Below, piece by piece: positions 12,548 through 27,089 of a stretch of DNA of 64,000 bases (within the stretch, counting starts at the first letter, position 1; each line of letters begins with the position of its first letter). The translations under genes and the position numbers were made by a program. This DNA is from Chrysomallon squamiferum (Eukaryota; Animalia; Mollusca). Location: positions 11,904,001 to 11,968,000 of the forward strand of contig CM022667.1 of NCBI GenBank assembly GCA_012295275.1. Reading direction: 5' to 3'. The notes under the pieces are model-generated. The model ran no database searches and had not been told where the DNA came from. It was given only the letters and a program-made list of their open reading frames with translations.

Positions 12548-14557
12548 TTATTTCTTTTTCAGCCTTTTCACCTTTTTATTTGTTGGTGGTCCTCTTCGCT
12601 TTTTAAAACTTGGTTTGAATTTTTTGTGTTTGCCTGGTGAAAATTTATTTTTAGAATTCTTAACTCCTTCAGTCTCATCTTTTTCTACTTCTTTTTTTAT
12701 CTCTTCTTCTGCTTGTTCAGTTTTCTCTTTTGACACTTCTGATTTAGGTTTTTTGCGATGTTGCTTAGTATTTTCGTTTTCTTCAGTCACCTCATTTGTG
12801 GGAATTGTATTGGAGAATTTTTTCAGTTTTGCAACAAAAAATCCATCGAGGTTATGTGTATGTGGATAAAATCTTTTGGTTAGTTTCATTGACGGATGAA
12901 AATGCCGCTGATGAAAGTGAGTGAAGCCTTCTTTTCCAAAATCTAAGCCAGTGGAAACAAGTTTGACATTTCTCATCTTCAAGGCATAGTCAATCACCCA
13001 TTCGTTTTCCTCCACCATTACTGAGCAGGTGGAATACACAATGTACCCACCAGTCTCCGACTTCGCATCGCAACAATCAATGGCAGCCAGAACGAGTTCC
13101 TTTTGAAGATGAGAACATCGTAAAATGTCTTTTTCATCTTTGTTGACCTTCATTTCGGGGTCTTTGGAAATCACACCCGTTCCACTGCAGGGTGCATCTA
13201 GTAAGACACGGTCGAAACCTTTCATTATCTTGGGAAACTGGCGTCCATCGTAGTGACACACCACAGTGTTTATGACACCCAGTCTGTGCAGATTTCCCGT
13301 TATTGCTCTGGCTCGATCACTGTTGGCATCGTTTGCGAACAGATCCCCGGTGTTTCTCATCAGAGCTGCAATGTAGGAAGCTTTTCCACCTGGAGCTGCA
13401 CACATGTCCAGCACACGTTCGTTTTCTTGTGGAGCCAGTGCCATGACAGGGAGGAAACTGGAGCCGCCTTGCAGCATGTAATGTCCAGCCAAGTACTCGG
13501 GGGTGGCACCAAGCGGTACCTGCGAGTCGTACACAACCAGACCAACTTTAGACCATTTTCCAATAGGGTCGAGATTGACTCCTCGATTGATCAAAGCCTG
13601 AGCAAGATCTCGTCTCCTTGTTTTCAGTGTGTTGCTGCGGATCGTCAGGGGTCTTGGAACCTCATTGGCTTCAAGGAATTCTATAATTTCTTTAGGAAAC
13701 AAGTCGTATAATTTTGCCATTAGAAATTCATTGTAACTGTAATAGGTACACAAATCCTTCTGCAGCTGATCTATGTATTCTTGTCGACTTGTAGACGGAT
13801 CGCGTCTGTTAGTGAAGTCGCCCAGAACGTGAATGACGTCCTTGATACGTTGCTGAATGATAGCTAAATCTGGTGCTTGGTGTGCTTCTTTCTCCACCTC
13901 CTGACCACTTGGTAAAATGTATTTCTCGGTTTCGGCTATATTTGTTTTCAGTTCTTCTTCTGCAAGTTTCTCATCCTCTTTCTCCCTTTTTTTCAGTTTT
14001 TTTGCCGCTTTTTCGATAGGTAGAAGTACTTTATCTTTTTCCTCAGTGTCTGATCCACTCACTGATCCATCAGATACTGATTCCGTATCATCATCATCAT
14101 CATCATCATCATCAGATTCGGAAACATCTTCATCATCTTCTTGGTCTTTACTTTTCTTGCGTTTTAACCATGCCTTATTGTCATCTGTATACTCTTTAGT
14201 GTCCATATTATCGCTATCTCGTTCTGAAAAGTCATCTTCTAAATCACTCCAATCGGTATCAGAATCGTCGGAAACTTTTCTTTTTCTCGTCACTGATACA
14301 TCTTGGACTCCATTTGATGCAGATTTTAAAGCTTTCTTTTGATTCTTCGCCGTTTCTTTCAGCTGTTTAATTTCTTCTTTCTTGGCCTTTCTCTCTAATC
14401 TTTTTTTCAGCCGTTTCTTTTGCCTACTTCCAAGTTTAGCATCTGAAGCATCTGCAACTTCTATAGACTTCGGTATGATTGGATTCGATTGTTTTCGGGA
14501 CTTCCTACCTGGGCCACTTTTAGGCTTTTCATTTGTGATATCTCTTTTCCTACCCAT
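12548..14557 (-). CDS. NOP2: 28S rRNA m5C methyltransferase NOP2 (NSUN1/p120), single coding exon, 669 aa
   Basis: Uninterrupted ORF. Starts MGRK...GPGRK with a basic/acidic N-terminus. Contains TLKTRRRDLAQALINRGVNLDP, GATPEYLAGHY, SAM motif LDMCAAPGGK, catalytic LLDAPCSGTG (motif IV Cys) and VYSTCS (motif VI Cys), RFYPHTHNLDGFFVAK, and a Lys-rich tail. Confidence 0.97.
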   Translation of the reverse strand: MGRKRDITNEKPKSGPGRKSRKQSNPIIPKSIEVADASDAKLGSRQKKRLKKRLERKAKKEEIKQLKETAKNQKKALKSASNGVQDVSVTRKRKVSDDSDTDWSDLEDDFSERDSDNMDTKEYTDDNKAWLKRKKSKDQEDDEDVSESDDDDDDDDDTESVSDGSVSGSDTEEKDKVLLPIEKAAKKLKKREKEDEKLAEEELKTNIAETEKYILPSGQEVEKEAHQAPDLAIIQQRIKDVIHVLGDFTNRRDPSTSRQEYIDQLQKDLCTYYSYNEFLMAKLYDLFPKEIIEFLEANEVPRPLTIRSNTLKTRRRDLAQALINRGVNLDPIGKWSKVGLVVYDSQVPLGATPEYLAGHYMLQGGSSFLPVMALAPQENERVLDMCAAPGGKASYIAALMRNTGDLFANDANSDRARAITGNLHRLGVINTVVCHYDGRQFPKIMKGFDRVLLDAPCSGTGVISKDPEMKVNKDEKDILRCSHLQKELVLAAIDCCDAKSETGGYIVYSTCSVMVEENEWVIDYALKMRNVKLVSTGLDFGKEGFTHFHQRHFHPSMKLTKRFYPHTHNLDGFFVAKLKKFSNTIPTNEVTEENENTKQHRKKPKSEVSKEKTEQAEEEIKKEVEKDETEGVKNSKNKFSPGKHKKFKPSFKKRRGPPTNKKVKRLKKK

Positions 14558-15426
14558 TGTTTTAATTAAACAATTTGTAAATGCTCAACATGCGAACCAA
14601 CTAACAAGCACTGTGTTCTCAAAACACGTGTAGTTCACATTTAGCCTCAACTAAACACGATGTAAGTTACGCTTGCTGAATATTCATTACTAAGATGTAT
14701 AAGGCATGTATCAGTGGATCCAGAAATGCCAATAAATTCATCGGTGAATAACTAAATAACTTCCCCGTGTTAAAACATTTGAAATCGGTTATATTCCTAA
14801 TAAAAACAATAATTAATCAAATTAAAATAACTACCAAAATCAACAATAAAAACTAAAAAGATTAAAATCATTGTAGTATATTAATTTTATGCAAGTATGT
14901 GCAAGGGAATTTCTTTCTTTCTCTCAAAACAAAAGAAACAGCAGAACAAACTCGACTTGATGGACATTAAATTACAATTATATACTATATCGACTCTGTG
15001 AGCGTCTTTATGTGTGTTTCTGTGTGTGTGTGTTTCGTTTGTATTACGAGTTTATAAAGGTTCACCTTCGAAAATGTAAATGTGATACTTAGCTAATTAA
15101 AATTATTTAAATGTGTAGCACCTATTAGAATTTGGAGAATTCTTGCAAGAATGGGAAAAATCAAATACCGATTCTTGGAAGTATGTGTAGAAATAAAACC
15201 ATTTTTTTATTATTTCATTTTTAGATGTGTTGTAGTTGTTACTTTTATTATTTAGAAATTATTGGTTTTTAACACTGTAATAATAATAATAATAATAATA
15301 ATTGAATTCGGTCACAGGCTACATTTTTAGATCGTCACATTAGACAGCATAAACGGAAGTAAGAAAGTGCGTCGAAAGATTTCTCTTCATCATAGATTTT
15401 TCTAATTTTGTGACAGAAAATACAAA
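14558..15426. promoter_or_regulatory. Divergent (bidirectional) promoter region shared by NOP2 and NEDD8
   Basis: The two ATGs are head-to-head, 869 bp apart. The region is locally richer in CpG than flanking introns. E-box CACGTG at 14625-14630; ETS-type CGGAAGT at 15354-15360. Confidence 0.6.
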
Positions 15427-17398
<1,972 letters not shown>

Positions 17399-19525
17399 CT
17401 AGAACAACAAGTGTGAATAGTGGAATGTTTTACTGCACCTCTTACACGTTTAAGACTAAAAAGAATTCTGAATGTGACAGTGAAAACAAACAAAACAACA
17501 GAAGCATCTCTAAGTCATACTCGTCATGGATTTTGAGGCAAACTTATTGACTGGACTGAAATTTGTTTTGCGATTTATTTTGATTTATTTTTTTTTTGAT
17601 TTTTTTTTTTAAATGAAATTATTTTTAAAACTTACTAAAAGAATTTTGTTTTTGCATTTGACTGTTAAGAATTGTGTGAGTGATAAATATAAGAGAAGTA
17701 TTATTTAAGAAGACATGCATCCTAAAATATTTCATTTGTACTTTGTAATAAAAACAAGTTGTTCATATATAAAATAATTTATTTACTAATTTTTTTTTTT
17801 TTATTGATGTTTTTACTATTCTGTTTGGGGAAATAAAAATGATGTTACAGCTATATAAAATTATATGTGTATTTTAAAAAAAAAAAAGGAACACTTTCAA
17901 CAACTGTAAAGAAACAGGATTTTAAAATTGGCATTCTTCTATCTGCTTCAGAGATCAAATTAAACTGCATTTAATTTGCTTTTTAAAAAAGAGAAAAATA
18001 AACAATGAAAATCATTTTGTATTATAATATTAAAAAGTACAACTTTTCATTTGGCTGGAAATATTAAAATATTTCCTTCATCTAGGTCCACTAAATTATT
18101 ATTTCATATAAATTTTTAATTTACATGTTTGCTTTTTAGCCATTGAAGTATTTTTAGATTGCCAGTTTGTATGTTGATACTAAAATTAAGCTAACAGAAC
18201 AAACTTCCAAACATATATAACTTATTATTAAATTAATTATTATTTTAATTAATGATGTCAGATTCTTCTCAAAGTATCATTGCTGTATGTGATGCATTAA
18301 TGCTGAAAATGTAGGGCTATAGAAACATGGATCTTCATAATGTACCTCTGCTTGCAATATTTGTTTAACTGAATTTGTATGTACTTTAAATGACAATAAA
18401 TTGTTAATAATACTAATCTCTTTTCAATTTCATTTTGAAAATGTGATAATATACATTTGGCAATTCTAGCCTGATGATATTCAGAACTTCTGATGTTTAC
18501 TGGTGTTTAAAATGTGTCTGTGGCAAAATAATCTAACACAATTCTTTTTATGTCTAGAGTTATTTTATTATTTTAAATGACCTTTCATTATTAATTTTGA
18601 AGTATTACAATAAAATGATACTTTTGGAAAATATTTGAATGCAGTCATTTTTATCTTGTATTAACTGACATCACAACTACAGGAAAAAAGGCAATGCCCA
18701 GACATTTCTAAACTGATGCATTTCTCGTTACAATTGTACGGCAAAACAAAACAATAACCTGACTTGAAGATTATAACTTTTCAGGTACATTTTAAAATAA
18801 AAATGAAGGGAACATGTGAATAAAAAAATTTTTACATTAGTTCTGTTGTGTGTAGCCACTGTTTGAATAAGAAATTCATTGTGTTCATTCAATTTGAGGT
18901 ACATCTTACCAATTTCCAAAATCACAACAAAAAAAAACAACAATGAAAGTAAAAAATATTTTTTTAATTTTTTCATTCTCAATATAGGAAGCACAATTTA
19001 CTTCTAAAATTATAAAGTTTTCAATTGTAAATATTTTATCTTAATACAGAAACAATGTATATTCATATATTTTAATGATTAGAATTATGAGCACCAAATT
19101 TATCAAATAGATGTTTCCTAGATATCTGAATCAGACACACTGTATAAAATAGTATCTTTTTAACTATACTAAATATATCTAATATATAAATATACAATTC
19201 TAAATTATGAATATAAAACAGTTTCTATATAAACTACAGAAATCAAATGTAAATGGAATAAGTAAAATAAATCAACAAGACATATATAGCATTCCTTTAA
19301 AACTAAATATTTAAAAGTTTTGTTTTTATACAAATACTGTTTACTTATAATTGTAACTGAAAATTAAAGGTTGACATAAAAGGCATCATTGTCTTTAACA
19401 AAATAAATAAAGTTAAATAGTTTTATCATTCTAGAATACACAAAACAACCTGTTACAATAAAGTTCTGCTTATATACTAATCTATGACATGTAATACTTC
19501 TGTCATATTTTGAGACCACTCAGTA

Positions 19526-21627
19526 TTATGTGTCGTAATGTATTAACGAATGAATTGGCTTCTTGAGTTTTTCACGTCCGTGGAGGTAGTCCAGCTCAAT
19601 CACAACAAGACACTCCAAGACATCAGCTTTAACCTTCTCCATCAACTCACATGCTGCATTCATTGTTCCTAAAATTACAACATTGAAAATAAAAGTAATA
19701 TTATTTTTAAAATACAAATTGGCAATATTCATATTAATAGTATCATGCATTTTTTTGGTAACATTTCTTTCATACTGTCAAATAATTTTTTTTTTTAATT
19801 TTTTTTTTTAAATTAGAAAATTGGATGAATCCACCATTTCTGGAGATTTTTAAAGGTTGCAGTCTTTAGATAACAAGCTCCGAATTGTAATCCTATTAAA
19901 AGATTGAACTTTTTATCATTTTTCAAAGTATCTTAATTAATACTTAATGATGGCTATCAAAACCTGAGCTGACCTTAGAGTGGATATCTGTTTACAGAGG
20001 CCTGTACAGTTTTCTTAATGGTCAAATGAGTTTTGTTAGAAAAGCACATCTTAAAGAAAGGCACTTGTTAATTTAATGATTACATTATTTTCTGACTGTA
20101 ACCAAAAGAAATAAAATTATCACAGTAAACATACAGTATGTGTTTAGTCTATTTGTTAGGACTATCATTATGCACTTTGAAATTACAAACAGAAACTGGG
20201 ACTTTGAGTTAGCCCACATCAGCTCTATCTCCATTAAGCACAATGGAGCAGCTAGGTGTAAATAATTTACTCCATCTCAAACTACAGTTAGGTGTTATTT
20301 GAATTACTGGTTTTTAAATTGGAAATTGTGTTTCAACAATCTCAAGGTGTAGTCATAAAACTGCTCATTTCCATTTGTATTTTTTGTTTTCTTGTTTTAA
20401 AAACTGTAAAATCATGCTTGAATGATTTTCCAATCTGGATGACTGAGCTTGGTATACAAATACGAACTGTACAATTTTGTCTACAAATTTTCACTGAAAG
20501 GTCCTTTCATGGAAATCTAAATGAATAATGTCTTAAGTGATAAAATTTGATGGTGAATAATGATTTTATTACAGCTGTATGTTTTAATAACATACCTCCA
20601 GTTGCTAGTAGATCATCAACTATAACAACTTTTTGTCCTGCTTTAACTGAATTCTTCTGTATTTCAAATCTGTCCTAAAATAAAATAAAACAAATGGCTG
20701 AAAAGATCAGTTTTTCCTCATTTTTAACAGTGCTCCAAAACTACTATTTCTGATTTTATTTAGCTCATTTCTACATTACAAACCACTTATTTCTAAATTA
20801 TCATTTCTTATTTCAGTAAGAAAAGCTTCACCTTGAAAAACATTCCTCTAATTTTATAACTGTTAATTAAATTATGAGAAGACAAAAAATTAAAAACATG
20901 TATATATAAAAAATTCATACCAGTCCATATTCAAGCTGGTAGTCAATTCCCAACAATTCACCAGGTAATTTTCCCTTCTTTCGAATTGGAACAAATCCTA
21001 CATTCAATTCTTGGGCCAGAATTGGTCCAAACAGAAAACCTCGTGACTCCAAACCAATTATCAGCTGAACTGCTGGACATTTTTCCTTAACATGTTCAGC
21101 TAACACTGAATTTAATAGTCGAAATGTGTCTGGATCGAGAAGTACTGAGAAACAATCCCTAAAGCAAACGTAAATAAGACTTTAATAATGGAACTATCAT
21201 TTTAATACATTAGTTGTAGTAGTAGTAGCAGTGGTACTGCCAATTTTATACATGCTGCCAGTGCATATTATCTAAACTCTGCTACACAACTGTAGCTATA
21301 AATTAATATACATCTGGATAAACGGTTCGGTACCTATATAAATAAATTATATTTTGAGAAAATACATTCAAACTATTGTTGTAATTTAATTTATCTAAGT
21401 TAGTAGGTTAGTAACTAAGTTAATTAAATAATGGAAATATTATTTTAAAAAAAAATATCATAAAATAAATTATTAATATTGAGAAAATAAGTATGTGACA
21501 AGCATTTTTGTTTAGTTTGTTTAATAGCACGTGTATAACTGAACCTGAATAATATGCCAGGTTTGGGAAAATCGGGATAGGCCCCAATTTTAGATTTAAT
21601 TTTCTCAATTCTTTCATCTTTCGACAT
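19526..21627 (-). CDS. APRT: Adenine phosphoribosyltransferase, 4 coding exons, 180 aa
   Basis: Minus-strand exons 21627-21545, 21158-20921, 20674-20596, 19668-19526; phases consistent. Motifs [37 protein letters not shown] and PRPP-binding [12 protein letters not shown]. An acceptor at 21638 just upstream of the ATG implies a 5' UTR intron. Confidence 0.95.
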
Positions 21628-22006
21628 ACTTGTAGAACTGAAAACAAAATACAAACATATTACGCTACACTAACCGGTTCTCAGTCGTTTGCAATTGGTT
21701 TCGCTTTTAAACGTGATTCTTCGAGATCAGTCTCACCTACCATTACCAATTTTAAATATAAATATCTTTCCACATGTATGTGATATACTTTCTCCATCAG
21801 TCATAATTATTTAAAATCACAGCTTTTACATATCCAGAAAAAATAATTTCTCCATGATAAAGTTAATAAATTGGATATAAAGTAATACTGACATTTTTTA
21901 AACGTAATAGATCCGACAAGGTATATATATTATATATATACACATTTTCCCCAAAAACAATTAAAACAGGAATCTCTAAATATGTGTGTGAATAAGAGGA
22001 CGTTCT

Positions 22007-22931
22007 GGAGGTGGGTTCGGTTCAATTGCCTCATTTGGCCCCATATAACTCAGATCCATGTTTTTCTCATTCGGTGCATTTTCAATTTTGTTACTTACAA
22101 AGTAACTTTGTAAGTTTTGATTTGAATGTGGACTGCTGGTTTTTTGACGAACTTCAACATAATTATCAGATACAGTGAATATTTTGTCAATAATTCCAAC
22201 CACTGTTTAGTTTATAAAAGTAAAAAAAAAAAATACTGTTTATGAATTATTTTTAAATTGTTTTGGAAACAAAAATAATAATCATAAAAAAAATAATGTT
22301 TGGTCATCATAAGTACTTAGATCCACGATTTTATTTTAATAAATAATATATCCATTACAGATATTAATTTATCTCTTTTTCATATATAAACGCACACACG
22401 TATACAGCAACGAATACCTGAGATAAAGTTAATAAAACCAGAGAGCACGACAGTACTGAATTTAAACATCTGACTATTTGTGATGAAAGTAATTTAGTTA
22501 CATCAACAACTTAGATTGAAGAATTTAAAATGCAGTGTAAAGGATTTTGAACTGAATTATAAAACACAAATCAGTGAATATTTTGTTTTAAATCTTTTGG
22601 TTAGCAACAATTCGTTTTGATTTTTTTTTTATTTAGATTATTAATATTTTCCTAGTTCTTCTTCTTTTAGTTCGCTTGTCGTTCAGAAATGTAGTCATAA
22701 CAGCTATTGATGCATAGCATTGTGATCTATTAAACTGCGCCATGCTGCCCAATACTTTTAACTTCAGCACTCGAGGTTTCTGTTTGGGTTATCTCGCCTT
22801 TGGTTCACTGACCAGTCCAGATTGAGTGCTGGCTCAGTACTTTGGATCACTGAGACATACAAGTCCCCTCACTGCGGACTAAGAAGAGGATTGACTTAGT
22901 GAATTACAACATTCATTTGGATCATAACGAC

Positions 22932-22965
<34 letters not shown>

Positions 22966-23252
22966 TCTATTTTTAATGGAGAAGTAAAAATTTTGATTTG
23001 ACAAATCAAAGTGAGCTTAGAAAATTCTTTATGATCTTTTTAATCTTTAAACTTGTAGCAAAATATTCAGCAAAACCGCTGCAGATAAGATCTATATATG
23101 TAAATTGCAAAATTAGCCAAGAACCTTCAAAATGTAATACTATCAAAAAGATGGAAAGCACAAAACTGAACAAAATATCTCCTAAAAAGCATCATAAATT
23201 TAGGAAAATAATCATTACAGAGGACTAATAATGATACTAATTAATTATGAAA

Positions 23253-23283
<31 letters not shown>

Positions 23284-23562
23284 AAACAAAATATTAAAAG
23301 TTAGTAACATATCAGAAAGCATACCAAAACTGAATACAAGTTATCAAACGAACCCTAAATCTTCCCTTAGATCTCTCTTTATGTGACTGTTTAGATTTCT
23401 GATAAGATTAGATCTCTGCATTCGTGCGATTGTAGTTATGAATCTGTAAAATAATTGAAAATTTAATAATTGAAAGTAAAAAAATTGAAAATGTACTGAA
23501 TGTAAAAAACGTGGACCTGAGATATATGGGCCAAAAGAGGCAACTGAACCGAACTCACCTCA
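22007..23562. repeat. Diverged ~95-bp inverted repeat pair (22007-22100 / 23471-23562) between APRT and PSMG2
   Basis: Reverse complement of the left arm (..AAAATTGAAAATGCACCGAATGAGAAAAACATGGATCTGAGTTATATGGGGCCAAATGAGGCAATTGAACCGAACCCACCTC) aligns with the right arm (..AAAATTGAAAATGTACTGAATGTAAAAAACGTGGACCTGAGATATATGGGCCAAAAGAGGCAACTGAACCGAACTCACCTC). Confidence 0.8.
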
Positions 23563-24176
23563 AAATATAGCAGTCTGTAAACTAATAAATGGATAAATAT
23601 CACACAAAACAAACAAATAAACAACATGATTTTACAAAGTCATTAAAATGGAGGCACCACTCGCAACACCGTCCCCATATAAATATCTGCGTAAGGCTCT
23701 GCTGAGTGTAACCATAAAATAGTAAGCAAGAACAAAAGTATAAACATATAACGCAAGAAATAAATGCTATAGACAATTATAATTTTTATTATCTGAATCT
23801 TTTGATTTTGATTTCAGTTTGTACGCAGCTATCACCTATACATTATACTTTTAGCCTATACACGTCACACACTATCTGTCGTCAGATATTTCGTAAGAAT
23901 TTTTTGTAATTCAAAAATTCACGTGCTTTATTTATTTATTTATTTATTTTAATATATATACCCCCACCCACCCACCCCTCAAAAAAGCAACAGAATTAGT
24001 GTGCTACAAATTAAATAATTTCATTCTAATCCGAAACCAGAAGTATGAAAGACCTGACGAACGATAAACTGTTCGCAAGCTTCGGAGCGATTGTAATTGT
24101 TTGCTATTTTTATTACAGTTCACTAAACTTAATAAATAAGAACGAAGTTGGATAGCGTTTTCTAAACAAGATCAAA

Positions 24177-24861
24177 ATGTTTTATCCAGTTGATTCAAAA
24201 GAAAAGGACTGGTCTAAGTTCACTTTAATTCTGGTAGACATTTTTGTTAATTTTTTATTGTTTTATTTAACAATAGTCAATAGTCAGTACCTGAATAGTG
24301 AATGTGAATAAATCGTAAACAGTAAACCGTAAAGCGTTTCATTTATTTATCTTTTTATTATAGTTTCTTTTAATATATTACTTTGGAATCTTTACTGACC
24401 ACGAATCACTAACTATGCCTTGTTAAAGATTACTGTAATTATAAACGTTTGTTGGTGATGAATTTTATCTGTACAAGAGTTTTATGCGTTTTATAGACGA
24501 AACAGGCTTAAACGGAACCATGACACAGCTTTTTATATGAATTTATAATCCATTTCTTGAAAATTACCTGTTGTGTTAAATATTTCTGTTAAACTATTCA
24601 TTATTGACATACTTTTGGTTTTTAAATTTTAATTTATGTAAATATGGAGTTTCTTATGATTTGTTTATATAATTTTTAATTTTTTTTATATTCAAGATCT
24701 TTATTTTCCTTGTATTATAAATAAATAATTACTATTCGTTTTCTACATTTAATTTACTATTACTATTTGTAGAGATGTTGTTTATTTCATTATTTTTATT
24801 ATGTATTTATTTAGATAATTTAGGCTTTTTGGTTGTTTTTTATTTATTTATTTATTATTTT

Positions 24862-24902
<41 letters not shown>

Positions 24903-27039
24903 ACCTTTGAATTTTATATAAATATAAAATATATATAAAAAAATAATACACTCTGTAAAATTTTCTTAACTCTTTTAATTTATTTTTCATTTTACACAGC
25001 CAACAGTTTCAGTGGGAAATGTAGCCCAGCTGGCTGTTGACCTGATTGTGTCGAGTCTGTCACTGACTCGGGTGGGCTACGTACTTCATGAAAGTATTCT
25101 ACCCATGTGTGGAAATAACCCGTTTGCCACTAACAGAGATGCTGCTTGTAAACTGGGTACAAGTTGTGAAGGTATTCATGCATATTACTGTCTGTCTGTC
25201 TGTCTTGAAGATGAATGTTTCTGAGAATAATGAAGACTGGTTTGTTTTTAAGACAGTTTAATTTTTGTGTTTGTTTGAGACCAAAAGTGTGTTGGCAAAT
25301 ATCACAATCAGTGTGTGTTTTGTTTATATGACTGTAAAGTTGTGTTATTTCTGTGTGCAGATGAGTGGAGAAATGCATACCTGTTAAAACAAATTCAAGT
25401 TGTAGTGTTTATGCTCATATGGTTAATGTGTTTGTGAATATTGAAGGATAGAACTAAAGTGTTATGAAAATGATAAAAATATTTATATGATGTATGAATA
25501 TGTTTCAATAATATTCTGTTTTTGTATTTTATTTTTAATACATTTATTTTACAGTGTTCGAAAGTGAAAGCCTAAAGATTGTTGTAATCCAGCAAAGATC
25601 ACCTTTCGTAAAGGTAATAAACAAGAAGGGAAAAGTTGTAATTGAATAACCAAATTTAGAACTGTTCTTTATTTTAGATATCTAAAAAAAAAAAAAAGGA
25701 AAGAATAGGCAATAAACAAACTCAAAGCCATGAGAACAAATGAACATGCATTTTATAACTTGAAGATATTTTTTTTTTTTTTTTTTTTTTTAGAAAAAGA
25801 GTAGTAACTCAGTTTAACAAAAACTACTTTCACAACAGAGTGGTTTCCCTTATGTATTTACAGATAGTTATTATCTTTGAAATATGCTGTAGAAATCTGG
25901 GTAAAACCTCTAGTACCTCCTTTTTTTTATTGCCATTCAGTAACTTTTTTTTTTTCTTTCGCCTTTTTTTTTTTCAGTATTATAATTTTATCCTGAAATT
26001 ATATCTGCCTTAGATATATAATAATATGTTTGTCTTTTCTCAAAATTCAGAATGCAGTCTTGTTAAATGCTGATGATGGGAGATTTGTTATATATAATAT
26101 TATTATTATTTTTTTTAAATACATATTTTATTTTTAGTTTTATTAAAAATTCCTTTTGTATATGTTGCAGAATTGTATTTTTGTATTTTATTTTTTATGT
26201 ACATAAATTCAGAATGAACTCACTCCAATCAGATTAGACAAATAAAGTATAAACAATTATCTATTTGAATAACAATCATATTTCAATGTTCCTTAAGTTA
26301 AAAAATAATATAGCTATATTAATATTTAGTCTTTAAGAAAAAGGAAACACACACCAAGCATATTTAATGTTTAAAAAATTATGAAATGTTCAATTACTAT
26401 ATTGTTTTAATGAATTTATTTTAGTTTTAATAATTTTTCAGGGTAGAAAGAAAATCTTTGTCAAATGGCTTGCCGACTGGATTCGGGAAAAGAAATTTTC
26501 TCGTGTTGTTATTATGACAAGCAGTTTTGCAGAAGAAAGAGTTGACAAACAAATGCAAGGGTAAGTTGTTTTCTTGTTTGTCATATAATCACTTCATCAA
26601 ATACCGTTCCAGCCAATACCAGACAACTTAGCATTAAATGCTGTGATAAGTACAGTGTGTGACAACTAATAACTATTAATGATAAAATATGTCATGTAAG
26701 ACACCTAATAACTATTAATATTAAAATGTGTTGTGTAGGATATCTGTTAGTTGTTAATTTTTAACAAACTACTGGAGTGGTTCTGACAAAAAAAAAAAAA
26801 AAAAAATATATAAAAATATATGAACTCTAAAGTTAATAATATGAAATATCTTTGGCTATTTTATTATTATGTGTTTTAAAAAATTATTATTAATATGTTT
26901 ATTTGTTTTTTTACACTTTAGTGATATGAAATAATTATAATAATAAAAAGTAATTGGATCAGCAAAAGATTGTTGATTTTTTTATGTTGTTAAAGGATAT
27001 AGCAATTTTTATCTATTGTCCTTGTTTTTATTTTTATTG

Positions 27040-27089
<50 letters not shown>

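Noticed and set aside
12615-14633. Plus-strand ORFs of 83-152 aa overlapping NOP2
   Set aside because: Antisense shadows of the NOP2 CDS (Ser/Phe-rich from Lys/Glu/Asp codons); no independent coding signal.
24520-24530. ARE-like ATGACACAGC in PSMG2 intron 1 (Nrf1/CncC proteasome regulon)
   Set aside because: Short degenerate motif expected by chance; a single copy with no conservation data.
21537-25180. Atypical donors (APRT intron 1 GTTCAG, PSMG2 intron 1 GTAGAC, intron 2 GTATTC) as possible U12 introns
   Set aside because: None matches the U12 consensus RTATCCTT and no TCCTTAAC branch site is present; treated as weak U2 donors.
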